Below, one piece after another: positions 1-9,180 of a DNA stretch of 60,823 nt; positions within the stretch are counted from its first letter, which is position 1; every line of letters begins with the position of its first letter. The position numbers were made by a program, and so were the translations under genes. Source of the DNA: a virus (taxonomy: Duplodnaviria; Caudoviricetes). A model generated the notes under the pieces. It saw only the letters and a program-made list of their open reading frames with translations. It made no database searches and had not been told where the DNA came from. The stretch is from the IMG/VR virus record IMGVR_UViG_3300037991_005796, positions 1-60,823 of that record; one strand, 5' to 3'.

Positions 1-116
1 GTGACGCAGGCGGAGGAGGAGCAGAACCAGCTCCTGATGCTGGAGGAGAAGAAGGAGGAGCTGACTTAACAGATGAACCTATCGACTTTGAAGCTGGAGA
101 AGAACCAGAAGCATAA
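1..116 (+). CDS. 3' end of an upstream gene (partial), acidic Gly/Pro-rich C-terminal tail
   Basis: The frame from position 3 reads DAGGGGAEPAPDAGGEEGGADLTDEPIDFEAGEEPEA* and ends at TAA 114-116, overlapping the next ATG (TAATG). Confidence 0.7.
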   Translation, partial: DAGGGGAEPAPDAGGEEGGADLTDEPIDFEAGEEPEA

Positions 117-1171
117 TGAACGTAATAGATAAATTATATACTGAATGGGCCTGGAGATCTAAATCAGGTACACCGGATATAAATAATCCGGAGGATAAAG
201 CTGTCTTAGATAATATAATAAGTGGATTAGTAGAACAAACCGAATCTCCTTATGCTCAGTTACAAGTAAATATATCAAAAATTAAGGATGATCCTGAAGC
301 GGTTGAGTATCTCAATAGATATGTAAATAGCAGAAGATTTAGAGCTCCATTCAATGAATATATAGCCAAACAAAATATTGATAGCAATACTTTAGAAGAC
401 ACAGATGCTCCTGATGCAATATTTAATATTTTATCCAAAAATGGAGACTTAGAAAAATATATGGAAAACCTCGATAAATTACCTGGTTTTGGTTCCTTAG
501 GATCTAGCGGTAATTTAGTAGCAGCTTTAGATTCGATTATATCAGCAGAATCAGCAAATGCGTTAATTAGGTTAGGAGGGATGGAAGGTGGAAGAGGTGT
601 AGGTAAAGCTGAATTAGGCTTAGCTACTCTTTGTAAAGATGTTACAATGATGAAAGGAGAAGCTGGAGATTTAAATTGGAATGGATATTTAGAAGTTAAA
701 GGTTCGAGAGCTAGATTAGGAAAAAGAGATCATGAATTTACTGGAGGTAAAAAATTATTAGAACTTGCTGCTGCAAACGAAATAGAAGATGAAAAAATAA
801 AAGCTACTAATTTATACAATGCTCCAGAACTTTTATGTTCAGCTTTACTTAAAAAAGGAGTAAATAAAGAAACTGTAATAGCAGCTTTAAAAGATGATTT
901 CAAGCAAGTATATTCTGAACAAGCTGTAAATACTATTAAAAACTTAGATAACCTTAGTGTTGATCTAAGAATAGCATACTTTACAAATTACTGGTTTAAA
1001 GAAGGAGTAAAACATATTATATTTGTAGATACTGCATTTAATTTTGGTAATTACCTATCATTTGATTATGATAAAACTATTAGTTATATAAAACAAAATC
1101 CAACTAGATTTTGCACTCCTATAAGATATTCTCAATTAGGTCCGCAAATATTTACAAGTGGGATTAAATAG
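116..1171 (+). CDS. Hypothetical protein with PD-(D/E)xK nuclease-like motif
   Basis: 351 aa ORF; GVGKAELGL...GDL...LEVKG pattern resembles a restriction-like nuclease core; function is inferred. Confidence 0.45.
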   Translation: MNVIDKLYTEWAWRSKSGTPDINNPEDKAVLDNIISGLVEQTESPYAQLQVNISKIKDDPEAVEYLNRYVNSRRFRAPFNEYIAKQNIDSNTLEDTDAPDAIFNILSKNGDLEKYMENLDKLPGFGSLGSSGNLVAALDSIISAESANALIRLGGMEGGRGVGKAELGLATLCKDVTMMKGEAGDLNWNGYLEVKGSRARLGKRDHEFTGGKKLLELAAANEIEDEKIKATNLYNAPELLCSALLKKGVNKETVIAALKDDFKQVYSEQAVNTIKNLDNLSVDLRIAYFTNYWFKEGVKHIIFVDTAFNFGNYLSFDYDKTISYIKQNPTRFCTPIRYSQLGPQIFTSGIK

Positions 1172-1173
1172 TT

Positions 1174-2748
1174 ATGGCACAAGATATAAAAAAAATAATC
1201 GCACAAGAATACCTTAAGTGCGCTAAAGATCCGGCGTACTTTATGAGAAAGTATTGCTATATTCAACATCCTACTAGAGGTAGAATTTTATTTAATTTAT
1301 ATCCTTTTCAAGATAAAATACTTCATTTATTTAAAGATAACCAGTATAACATAGTACTTAAATCTAGACAGCTAGGTATTTCTACTTTATCTGCTGCTTA
1401 TTCTTTATGGTTAATGATATTTCATAAAGATAAAAACGTACTAGCTTTAGCAACTACTCAAGCAACAGCAAGAAACTTGGTTACTAAAGTAATTTTTATG
1501 TACGATCAACTACCTAAGTGGTTAAGGCTACCCTCAGTTGAAAAGAATAAATTATCGTTAAGATTGAAGAATGGTTCAAGAATAGCTGCAAAATCTTCGA
1601 ATGCTGATGCTGCTAGATCTGAAGCGGTATCGTTACTATTAATAGATGAGGCAGCGTTTATAGATAATATTGATGAAACATTTACTGCTGCACAACAAAC
1701 ACTAGCAACTGGTGGACAATGTTTAGCTCTATCTACTCCTAATGGTGTAGGTAACTGGTTTCATTTAACTTGGGAAAAAGCAGTAACTCAAGAAAATAGC
1801 TTTTGTCCTATAAGATTACCATGGACAGTACATCCTGAAAGAGATGAAAAATGGAGAGAACAACAAGACTCAGATTTAGGTCCTAGGATGGCTGGACAGG
1901 AATGTGATTGTGATTTCTTAGCATCAGGGGATACAGTATTTGAACCAGAAGATATGGGATATTACGAGCAAACATATGAAAAAGAACCTATGGAGAGAAG
2001 AGGTGTCGACGGTAATTTATGGGTGTGGGAACAAGCTGATTACTCTAAATCTTATATGGTATGTGCTGACGTAGCAAGAGGAGATTCAACAGATTATTCT
2101 GCTTTTCACGTATTTGATATAGATAATTGTGTTCAAGTAGCAGAGTACAAAGGTAAGATATCTCCTAAAGATTTTGGTAATGTATTAGTAGCTATCGCTG
2201 CAGAATATAATGATGCTTTATTAGTAGTAGAAAATGCAAATATTGGGTGGGCTACTATAGAACAAGTAATGGAAAGAGAGTATAGAAACTTATACTACAG
2301 CCCTACCAATCAAATGGATACAGTAGAATCTTATATGCATAAGTACGAAAGAGATAAATTAGTACCTGGTTTCACTATGTCTATGAGAACTAGACCTTTA
2401 GTGATAGCTAAGATGATTGAGTATGTTAGAGAAAAATCTGTAACTTTTCAATCTAAAAGGTTATTACAAGAAATGCGAGTTTTTATATGGAAAAACGGTA
2501 AAGCTCAAGCTCAAGATAGATATAACGATGATTTAGTAATGTCTTGTGCATCTGCTCTATATGTAAGAGATACAGCATTAAGACTTAGACAACAAGGGAT
2601 GGACCTAGCTAGAGCACAACTTTCTTCATTTAGTAATTTAAATGCTAGAAATAAAGCTGTTATAAAGACAGTTGGAATTAAGAAAGAAAATCCGTATATT
2701 ATAGATACACCGGGCGGTAAACAAGATATCACTTGGTTATTAAAATAG
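1174..2748 (+). CDS. terL: Terminase large subunit (T4 gp17-like)
   Basis: Walker A-like KSRQLGIST, Walker B LLIDEAAF, coupling motif STPNG, nuclease motifs DVARG and DDLVM. Confidence 0.95.
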   Translation: MAQDIKKIIAQEYLKCAKDPAYFMRKYCYIQHPTRGRILFNLYPFQDKILHLFKDNQYNIVLKSRQLGISTLSAAYSLWLMIFHKDKNVLALATTQATARNLVTKVIFMYDQLPKWLRLPSVEKNKLSLRLKNGSRIAAKSSNADAARSEAVSLLLIDEAAFIDNIDETFTAAQQTLATGGQCLALSTPNGVGNWFHLTWEKAVTQENSFCPIRLPWTVHPERDEKWREQQDSDLGPRMAGQECDCDFLASGDTVFEPEDMGYYEQTYEKEPMERRGVDGNLWVWEQADYSKSYMVCADVARGDSTDYSAFHVFDIDNCVQVAEYKGKISPKDFGNVLVAIAAEYNDALLVVENANIGWATIEQVMEREYRNLYYSPTNQMDTVESYMHKYERDKLVPGFTMSMRTRPLVIAKMIEYVREKSVTFQSKRLLQEMRVFIWKNGKAQAQDRYNDDLVMSCASALYVRDTALRLRQQGMDLARAQLSSFSNLNARNKAVIKTVGIKKENPYIIDTPGGKQDITWLLK

Positions 2749-2750
2749 AC

Positions 2751-2758
2751 TATTTATA
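2751..2758 (+). promoter_or_regulatory. TATTTATA putative late promoter upstream of portal
   Basis: Recurrent intergenic octamer, 17 nt before ATG 2776. Confidence 0.6.
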
Positions 2759-2775
2759 TATAAATTAAACGTTTA

Positions 2776-4668
2776 ATGGCAGATAAATCATTATTTGGTA
2801 GATTAAGAAGATTGTTCTCTTCTGATGTTGTTATAAGGAATGTTGGAGGAAAAGAACTAAAAATAGCCGATGTCAATCAAATTCAGACAACAGGTAGATA
2901 CCAAACAAATTCACTTATAGATAGATTTACAAGATTATATATTTACAACAATAAAAATATATTTAATCCTAATTTAAACTATCAAACCTTAAGAATTCAA
3001 TTATATTCTGACTATGAAGCAATGGATACAGATCCTATTATAGCTTCATCTTTAGATATTTTAGCAGATGAATCTACTGTTAAAAATGATCAAGGAGAGA
3101 TTTTAGCAATAAAATCTTCTGATGAAAATATTCAAAGAGTACTTTACAACTTATTTTATGATGTTTTAAATATAGAATTTAACTTATGGTCTTGGACCAG
3201 AAATATGTGTAAGTACGGTGATTTCTTCTTAAAATTAGAAATATCTGAAAAATTTGGAGTTTATAACGTTCTACCGTATACTGTATATAATATGGTTAGA
3301 AGAGAAGGAGAAGACCCTGATAATCCTGCTAAAGTAATTTTTCAATTAGATCCTGATGGATTAGCAACTACTCAAAATCCTAATTATTTACCTAAAAGAA
3401 AAAATAATGATAGAGTAGTAGATTTTGATAATTATGAAATAGCTCACTTTAGATTAATATCTGATTCACATTATTTACCATACGGAAGATCTTATTTAGA
3501 ACCTGCTAGAAAAATTTACAAACAAGTAACATTGATGGAAGATGCGATGTTAATTCATCGTATAATGAGATCTCCTGAAAAGAGAATGTTCTATATAAAT
3601 GTAGGAAACGTTCCACCTAATGAGGTAGAGCAGTTTATGCAAAAGACTATCAATCAAATGAAAAAAACTCCTTATGTTGACTCAGACGGTCAATATAACT
3701 TGAAGTTTAACCTTCAGAATATGATGGAAGATTATTACCTTCCAGTTAGAGGAGGAGATACTGCTACTAGGATTGAAACTACTAAAGGTTTAGATTATGA
3801 TGGAGTAACAGATGTTCAATACTTACAAAGTAAAATGTTTGCTGCATTAAAGATACCAAAAGCGTATTTCGGGTATGAAGGTGAATTGAGTGGTAAAGCT
3901 ACCTTAGCAGCAGAAGATATTAGATTTGCAAGAACAGTAGAGAGAATTCAAAGAATAATGGAATCAGAACTTACTAAGATTGCATTAGTACATTTATATT
4001 CACAAGGATTTACAGGAGAAAGTTTAACTAATTTTGAAATTAAATTAACTACTCCTTCTATTATATTCGAACAAGAAAAAATAGCTTTACTTAAAGAAAA
4101 GATAGATTTAGCTAATCAAATGAAAGATACTAAATTATTCTCATCTGATTATATTTACGAAAGTATTTTCGATATGTCTGAAGACAAGTATAATGAAATG
4201 AGAGATTTAGTAAGAGAAGATTCTAAAAGAATGTTTAGATTAGCTCAAATAGAAGGTGAAGGAAATGATCCTGCTAAATCTGGAACAACATACGGTACAC
4301 CACACGATCTAGCTTCAATGTACGGTAGAAGATCTACTTCTACTCCTAAAGGAGCAAGTGCTGGAGAGGTACCTCCTGGTTTTGAAGATGCCCCTGATTG
4401 GGGTGAACCTGGACCTGAAGGCGGAAGACCTGTAGAAAAAGCATCCATCTACGGAACTAATGATGCATTAGGAGGAAGAGATCCTTTAGGACAGCAAGGC
4501 ATGAAAGGTGGATATCCATCGGATAATGACAATGTTATGGAAAATACGTCTACTTCAACAGTTTACCTTCAAAATAAAGATATGCTTAAAGATATAGTTT
4601 TTAAAAAAAATAGGGAAGACGACTCTAAACTATTAGATGAAAACAATATCAAGGATTTAGGTAAATAA
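2776..4668 (+). CDS. gp20: Portal protein (T4 gp20-like)
   Basis: Motifs YGRSYLEPARK, LMEDAMLIHRIMRSPEKRMFYINVGN, MMEDYYLPVRGG, AALKIPK, EDIRFAR; follows terminase. Confidence 0.93.
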   Translation: MADKSLFGRLRRLFSSDVVIRNVGGKELKIADVNQIQTTGRYQTNSLIDRFTRLYIYNNKNIFNPNLNYQTLRIQLYSDYEAMDTDPIIASSLDILADESTVKNDQGEILAIKSSDENIQRVLYNLFYDVLNIEFNLWSWTRNMCKYGDFFLKLEISEKFGVYNVLPYTVYNMVRREGEDPDNPAKVIFQLDPDGLATTQNPNYLPKRKNNDRVVDFDNYEIAHFRLISDSHYLPYGRSYLEPARKIYKQVTLMEDAMLIHRIMRSPEKRMFYINVGNVPPNEVEQFMQKTINQMKKTPYVDSDGQYNLKFNLQNMMEDYYLPVRGGDTATRIETTKGLDYDGVTDVQYLQSKMFAALKIPKAYFGYEGELSGKATLAAEDIRFARTVERIQRIMESELTKIALVHLYSQGFTGESLTNFEIKLTTPSIIFEQEKIALLKEKIDLANQMKDTKLFSSDYIYESIFDMSEDKYNEMRDLVREDSKRMFRLAQIEGEGNDPAKSGTTYGTPHDLASMYGRRSTSTPKGASAGEVPPGFEDAPDWGEPGPEGGRPVEKASIYGTNDALGGRDPLGQQGMKGGYPSDNDNVMENTSTSTVYLQNKDMLKDIVFKKNREDDSKLLDENNIKDLGK

Positions 4669-4672
4669 TACA

Positions 4673-4680
4673 TATTTATA
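4673..4680 (+). promoter_or_regulatory. TATTTATA putative late promoter
   Basis: Intergenic octamer 16 nt before ATG 4697. Confidence 0.6.
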
Positions 4681-4696
4681 ATAGTAAACGTATATA

Positions 4697-5551
4697 ATGA
4701 AGATAAAACATTCAAAGTATCGTAATACTGGACTTATATTTGAACTGCTTGTTAAGCAAATAGCAGCTGATACTTTAGATAATAAAGATTCAGAAGCTGT
4801 CAAGATATTACAAAAATTTTATAGTAACAAATCTACTTTAGCCAAGGAGTACAAACTTTATGAGTTCGTATTAAAAAATAGTAAACTTCCTCAATCTAAG
4901 GCAGAGGCAGTTCTATCTACGATTACTGAAGTTTCTAGAAAATTAGATCAAGAAACGCTAAAGAACCAAAAATATAGTCTTATATCAGAAATTAAAAATC
5001 ATTATGATTTAGAAGGCTTTTTTGGAATGGAGGTTAGAGATTATAAACCTCTAGCAGCGCTTTACTGTTTATTAGAAGCACAAAATAACTCAGAGTTAGT
5101 AGATCCAAAAGTTTTAGTAGATAATAAATTTACTATATTAGAACACCTTACTTCTAATCCTCAGGAGAAAGAAGCAGTCAAAGATAGTTTAATAGAAGAT
5201 TATAGCAAGTATGATAAAGATCTTAAGATGCTTACTTTTAAAATTTTATTAGAAAAATTTAATAATAAGTATAAAGAATTATTACCTGCTCAAAAAAATA
5301 TTTTAAGAGAATTTATTACTTCAGTAAATTCAAATAGAAGATTACATACTTTAGTTAATAAAGAACTAAAGAATATTTTATCTGAAATTAATAGTTTAAT
5401 TAAAAACGTAAAAGACGAAGTAGTAAAGATTAAATTACAAGAAGTTACTAAAGGTATAGTACCTTTGAAAAAGACTGAAAAAGTAAATGATACTCATTTA
5501 GTCAATTTAATGCAGTATTACGATTTAGTCAATGAGTTGAAATCTTTATGA
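4697..5551 (+). CDS. Hypothetical helical protein in head module
   Basis: 284 aa ORF between portal and prohead protease; no catalytic motif recognised. Confidence 0.6.
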   Translation: MKIKHSKYRNTGLIFELLVKQIAADTLDNKDSEAVKILQKFYSNKSTLAKEYKLYEFVLKNSKLPQSKAEAVLSTITEVSRKLDQETLKNQKYSLISEIKNHYDLEGFFGMEVRDYKPLAALYCLLEAQNNSELVDPKVLVDNKFTILEHLTSNPQEKEAVKDSLIEDYSKYDKDLKMLTFKILLEKFNNKYKELLPAQKNILREFITSVNSNRRLHTLVNKELKNILSEINSLIKNVKDEVVKIKLQEVTKGIVPLKKTEKVNDTHLVNLMQYYDLVNELKSL

Positions 5552-5778
5552 AAAGATCACAATTAGTTGACTTAGTAAGAGAAGTGCTTCAAGAATTAGA
5601 CGAAGCTAATGTTACTGGAGGAACAGCAACATTTACTCCTGGTTCTGGTGCACAATATGCAACACCGTTTGCATTTGGTAAGAGCTCTAGAGCAACAAAA
5701 GCATCTAAGAAGCTTGGTTTTAAAAAATTAAGCCGTCCAAAACGGCCATCACATACTAAAGGATTTGACTATTTATAG
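5548..5778 (+). CDS. Small putative prohead core/internal protein
   Basis: 76 aa, ATGA overlap; leader LVREVLQELDE-A resembles prohead-protease-cleaved leaders; basic C-terminus. Confidence 0.5.
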   Translation: MKRSQLVDLVREVLQELDEANVTGGTATFTPGSGAQYATPFAFGKSSRATKASKKLGFKKLSRPKRPSHTKGFDYL

Positions 5779-5780
5779 AC

Positions 5781-7241
5781 ATGAGACAAGTAACCGCAAC
5801 AGAAAAATATAGAGCCGTACAAGAAGGCAAAATGGCAAAGAGAGAGTTTGTTAGACAAATGAGACAGGCTTTTCCTAATTTCATAAGTAATTATAATGGG
5901 TTTGATGATTCTGTTCAAATCCTAAAAAATAAAGGACTTATATACGAAGCTAAAAAGAAAAAGAAACAAGACGTAAAAGTAGTATCTGCTAACGTTACAT
6001 TACCTTATTCTTTAGATGCTTTAGAAAGAGGTATAAGAACAGAATTAGAGGCAGCTGGTTTGATGGCTCATGAACCTCTTCAAGCTGAAGATTATTTTAA
6101 AGCTGAAAAGAAAGCTAAAGATAACTTAGCTAAAAATCCAACTCACTATTTAGACCTTTTATCTGGTGATTCTAAAAATGTAGATAAGCATGATAAGGAA
6201 GTAGAAGTAAAAAGAGGAGAAGGTAAAGTAGATACATTTAACGGATTAGTAAAAGCTAACTTAAAAGAAGCTAAAGAACTTTATAAAGAAGGTAGATTAG
6301 ATGATCTAGCAGAAAAATTAGGTATTTCATTAGAAAGATTACAAAGCGCAGTAGAAGGAATTAAAGGTATTGAAGATGCTGTAATCGATGAAATCGAAGA
6401 CGAAGTAGGTGAAGTAATGGGAGTTAATAGAAAAGGTGAAAAAGAAATAGAACCTCAACCTAGTAACTATACTAAAGCAGAAGGTACTCCTATCCTAAAA
6501 GAAGTTATAGCATCAGCTATAGGAAAGATAAAAGAGAAGTATGGAGAAATTCCTGGTATAAATTCTCTTATAAAAGATTTTGTAAAAACTCATGCTAAAG
6601 ATATAATGGATGGAGCAGATCCTATAGATGAGTTTGATAACTTTGTTTCGGTAAACTATGATAGTATAGATGAATCTGAAATAGAAGAGAAAAAAGGTAA
6701 AGACCACGACAAAGACGGAGATATTGATTCCGATGATTATATGGCTGCTAAAGATAAAGCTATTAAAAAAGCTATGGGTAAAGAAGTAGATGACGAAAAA
6801 AACGAACAACTTAAAGAAGCTATCAAAAATATAATTAAAAGTACCTTAACTGAAAATATGCTTAACGAAGCAGCTACTAATGAATTATCTAAGTTAGCTG
6901 ATAGCTATGGAGGTTTTAAAGGTATGCAAGTTATACTTAATGATTTAGAAAATATAGTCACAGATGTACAGTCGTACCATGCCAGAACTCAAGAAAAACT
7001 TCAAAGTGTATTTGACAAAGTTGGTCAAGTTGAAAATGAAGAAGGATTAAAAGTAGGAGGATTTTTAGCTCCTGCTATTGAATCAGCATTTTTAAAAGAT
7101 TTAAGACCTGTTACTAGAAAAGGATTTATGAATGGAGTTGAAATACCAAAAGTAAAGTTTATGCCTAAAGATATAGAAACTCCTAAAATGGAACAAACTC
7201 CTAAACAGACTATATTTACACCAGTAAACGAAAAAAAATAA
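5781..7241 (+). CDS. Putative prohead core/internal head protein with EF-hand-like loop
   Basis: 486 aa Glu/Lys-rich; many [LIV]xE sites; DHDKDGDIDSDDY loop; directly upstream of the protease. Confidence 0.5.
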   Translation: MRQVTATEKYRAVQEGKMAKREFVRQMRQAFPNFISNYNGFDDSVQILKNKGLIYEAKKKKKQDVKVVSANVTLPYSLDALERGIRTELEAAGLMAHEPLQAEDYFKAEKKAKDNLAKNPTHYLDLLSGDSKNVDKHDKEVEVKRGEGKVDTFNGLVKANLKEAKELYKEGRLDDLAEKLGISLERLQSAVEGIKGIEDAVIDEIEDEVGEVMGVNRKGEKEIEPQPSNYTKAEGTPILKEVIASAIGKIKEKYGEIPGINSLIKDFVKTHAKDIMDGADPIDEFDNFVSVNYDSIDESEIEEKKGKDHDKDGDIDSDDYMAAKDKAIKKAMGKEVDDEKNEQLKEAIKNIIKSTLTENMLNEAATNELSKLADSYGGFKGMQVILNDLENIVTDVQSYHARTQEKLQSVFDKVGQVENEEGLKVGGFLAPAIESAFLKDLRPVTRKGFMNGVEIPKVKFMPKDIETPKMEQTPKQTIFTPVNEKK

Positions 7242-7242
7242 T

Positions 7243-7821
7243 ATGGCACAATTATTAGTAGACGTAACACCATTTAAACCTACCTTAAGAGAAGCAAAAG
7301 GAAGACCTGGAGTATTCGAGGTTGAAGGAGTTATGCAAAGAGCAACTGCTGAAAACCAAAACGGTAGAGTTTATAGTAAAGCTCTATTACAAAGAGAGGC
7401 TAAAAAGTATATGGAAGAGTTTGTAAAAAGAGGAAATGCTTTTGGAGAACTTGATCATCCTGAAACTCCTGTAGTGTCATTAAAAAATGCTTCTCATATA
7501 GTAAAAGACTTATATTGGGACGGTAACGACCTAATGGGTAAAGTAGAGCTATTAAATACTCCTGCTGGTAATATTGTAAAAGAAATTATAAAAGCTGGCC
7601 ATACTATAGGTATCTCATCTAGAGGTACAGGATCAGTACAACAAACAAATGAAGGAACATTAGAAGTCCAGCCCGATTTCGAATTAGTATGTTGGGACTT
7701 TGTATCTAATCCTTCTACTCATGGAGCATTTATGAATCCTGTTTCATTAAATGAATCTAAAGAAAAATTATCAAAGTACGCTAATCTAGATAGTATCATC
7801 AACGATATTTTAAGAGCGTAA
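7243..7821 (+). CDS. gp21: Prohead maturation protease (T4 gp21-like)
   Basis: NQNGRVY, GELDHPE (His), GISSRGTGS (Ser), WDFVSNPS motifs. Confidence 0.93.
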   Translation: MAQLLVDVTPFKPTLREAKGRPGVFEVEGVMQRATAENQNGRVYSKALLQREAKKYMEEFVKRGNAFGELDHPETPVVSLKNASHIVKDLYWDGNDLMGKVELLNTPAGNIVKEIIKAGHTIGISSRGTGSVQQTNEGTLEVQPDFELVCWDFVSNPSTHGAFMNPVSLNESKEKLSKYANLDSIINDILRA

Positions 7822-7842
7822 TCGGTTTCCGGAATTAGTATA

Positions 7843-7850
7843 TATTTATA
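7843..7850 (+). promoter_or_regulatory. TATTTATA putative late promoter for scaffold-capsid operon
   Basis: Intergenic octamer followed by an 89-nt leader with two hairpins. Confidence 0.6.
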
Positions 7851-7858
7851 TAAAGAAT

Positions 7859-7920
7859 ATGCAATCCTTATATTGCATCAATTAACATATTAATCCTTAT
7901 TACGATTCTTAATAATCGTA
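7859..7920 (+). promoter_or_regulatory. Tandem 7-bp hairpins in scaffold 5' leader
   Basis: ATGCAAT-ccttat-ATTGCAT (7859-7878) and TACGATT-cttaat-AATCGTA (7901-7920). Confidence 0.5.
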
Positions 7921-7939
7921 CAATCACAATTTTTTTAAA

Positions 7940-9154
7940 ATGGCAAACAAAGATTTATTCAAGCAAGCTATTGCTGAAGCTAAATCTGTAAGAGAAGCTG
8001 CTATTGCAAACGCTAAAGAAGCTTTAGAAGAAACTCTAACTCCTCATTTAAAAGATATGTTGGCTGCTAAACTTCAAGAAATGGAAGATTCAAAAGTTGA
8101 AGAAACTATTGAAGAAACTGTAGAAGAAGTAGAAGAAGCTAAACATGACAACAAAGACGAAGCTAAGGACAAAGAAATGGACGAAGCTAAGCATGATGAT
8201 GAGAAGATGGAAGAAGCTAAAGATGACATGGACGAAACAGTAGAAGAAGATCTAACAGAAGTACCAGCTGTAGCTGAGGAAGAAGTCGAAGAGGCTGAGG
8301 ATGATTCAGACGAATCTGATGACGAAGCTGACATGGATGAGCCAGCTGATGAACCAGAAGGTGATGAAGATCTTTCTAAATTAAGTGTTGATCAATTCAA
8401 AGACTTAATTAGAGACATTATTAATCAAGAAATGGGACACGGCGGCGACGCGCCTGCTGATGATATGGATGGTGGTGATATCGAAGGTATGGGTGATGAA
8501 CCTGAACTAGAAGAACCAGCAGCTGATGACGCAATGGGCGGAGACGAAGAAGAAATTGATTTAGATGAATTATTAAAAGAACTTGAAGCAACTGTTTCTG
8601 AAGAAGAAGTTGACGAAGCTAAGCACGACGAAAAAGACGAGGCGATGAAACCTAAGAAAGACGAGGCTATGAAGCCTAAGAAAGACGAGGCGATGAAACC
8701 TAAGAAAGACGAAGCTAAGCACGACGACGACAAAATGGAAGAAACTGCTAAAAGTAAAGTTAACGAAGTAGAAGATAAGTCTGATTTAGATCAAGCTTTA
8801 GATACTATCAGTACATTAAAATCTGAACTTAATGAAGTAAATTTATTAAATTCAAAATTATTGTATGTTAACAAAATCTTTAAATCTAATGACCTTTCAG
8901 AAAGTCAAAAAGTTAACATAATAGCTGCTTTTGATAAAGCAGAAACTGTTAAAGAGGTTAAATTAGTTTACGAAACTGTTTCTGATAATGTAATCAGTAA
9001 AAAAGAATCTACTGAAACTATTAAAGAATCAAAAACTAAACTTGGCATGGCTTCAAAAGCTACAGGAACTACTGCATCTGGTAAACCAGAAGTAATAAAT
9101 GAAGTTTCTGAAACTGTAAGAAGAATGCAAAAATTAGCCGGTATTATTAAATAA
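7940..9154 (+). CDS. Prohead core scaffolding protein (T4 gp22-like role)
   Basis: Highly acidic coiled-coil protein between protease and capsid; C-terminus RRMQKLAGIIK. Confidence 0.8.
   Translation: MANKDLFKQAIAEAKSVREAAIANAKEALEETLTPHLKDMLAAKLQEMEDSKVEETIEETVEEVEEAKHDNKDEAKDKEMDEAKHDDEKMEEAKDDMDETVEEDLTEVPAVAEEEVEEAEDDSDESDDEADMDEPADEPEGDEDLSKLSVDQFKDLIRDIINQEMGHGGDAPADDMDGGDIEGMGDEPELEEPAADDAMGGDEEEIDLDELLKELEATVSEEEVDEAKHDEKDEAMKPKKDEAMKPKKDEAMKPKKDEAKHDDDKMEETAKSKVNEVEDKSDLDQALDTISTLKSELNEVNLLNSKLLYVNKIFKSNDLSESQKVNIIAAFDKAETVKEVKLVYETVSDNVISKKESTETIKESKTKLGMASKATGTTASGKPEVINEVSETVRRMQKLAGIIK
8636..8707 (+). repeat. 3 x 24-nt in-frame tandem repeat (DEAMKPKK)
   Basis: gacgaggc(g/t)atgaa(a/g)cctaagaaa at 8636, 8660 and 8684. 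Confidence 0.9.
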
Positions 9155-9180
9155 TTAAATTTTAAAACTTTATTTCAATC

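Noticed and set aside
5770-5777. TATTTATA copy at the end of ORF 5548
   Set aside because: Only 3 nt before the next ATG and within coding sequence; likely incidental
8636-8707. Repeat array as a possible CRISPR
   Set aside because: Contiguous in-frame coding repeats with no spacers and no cas genes
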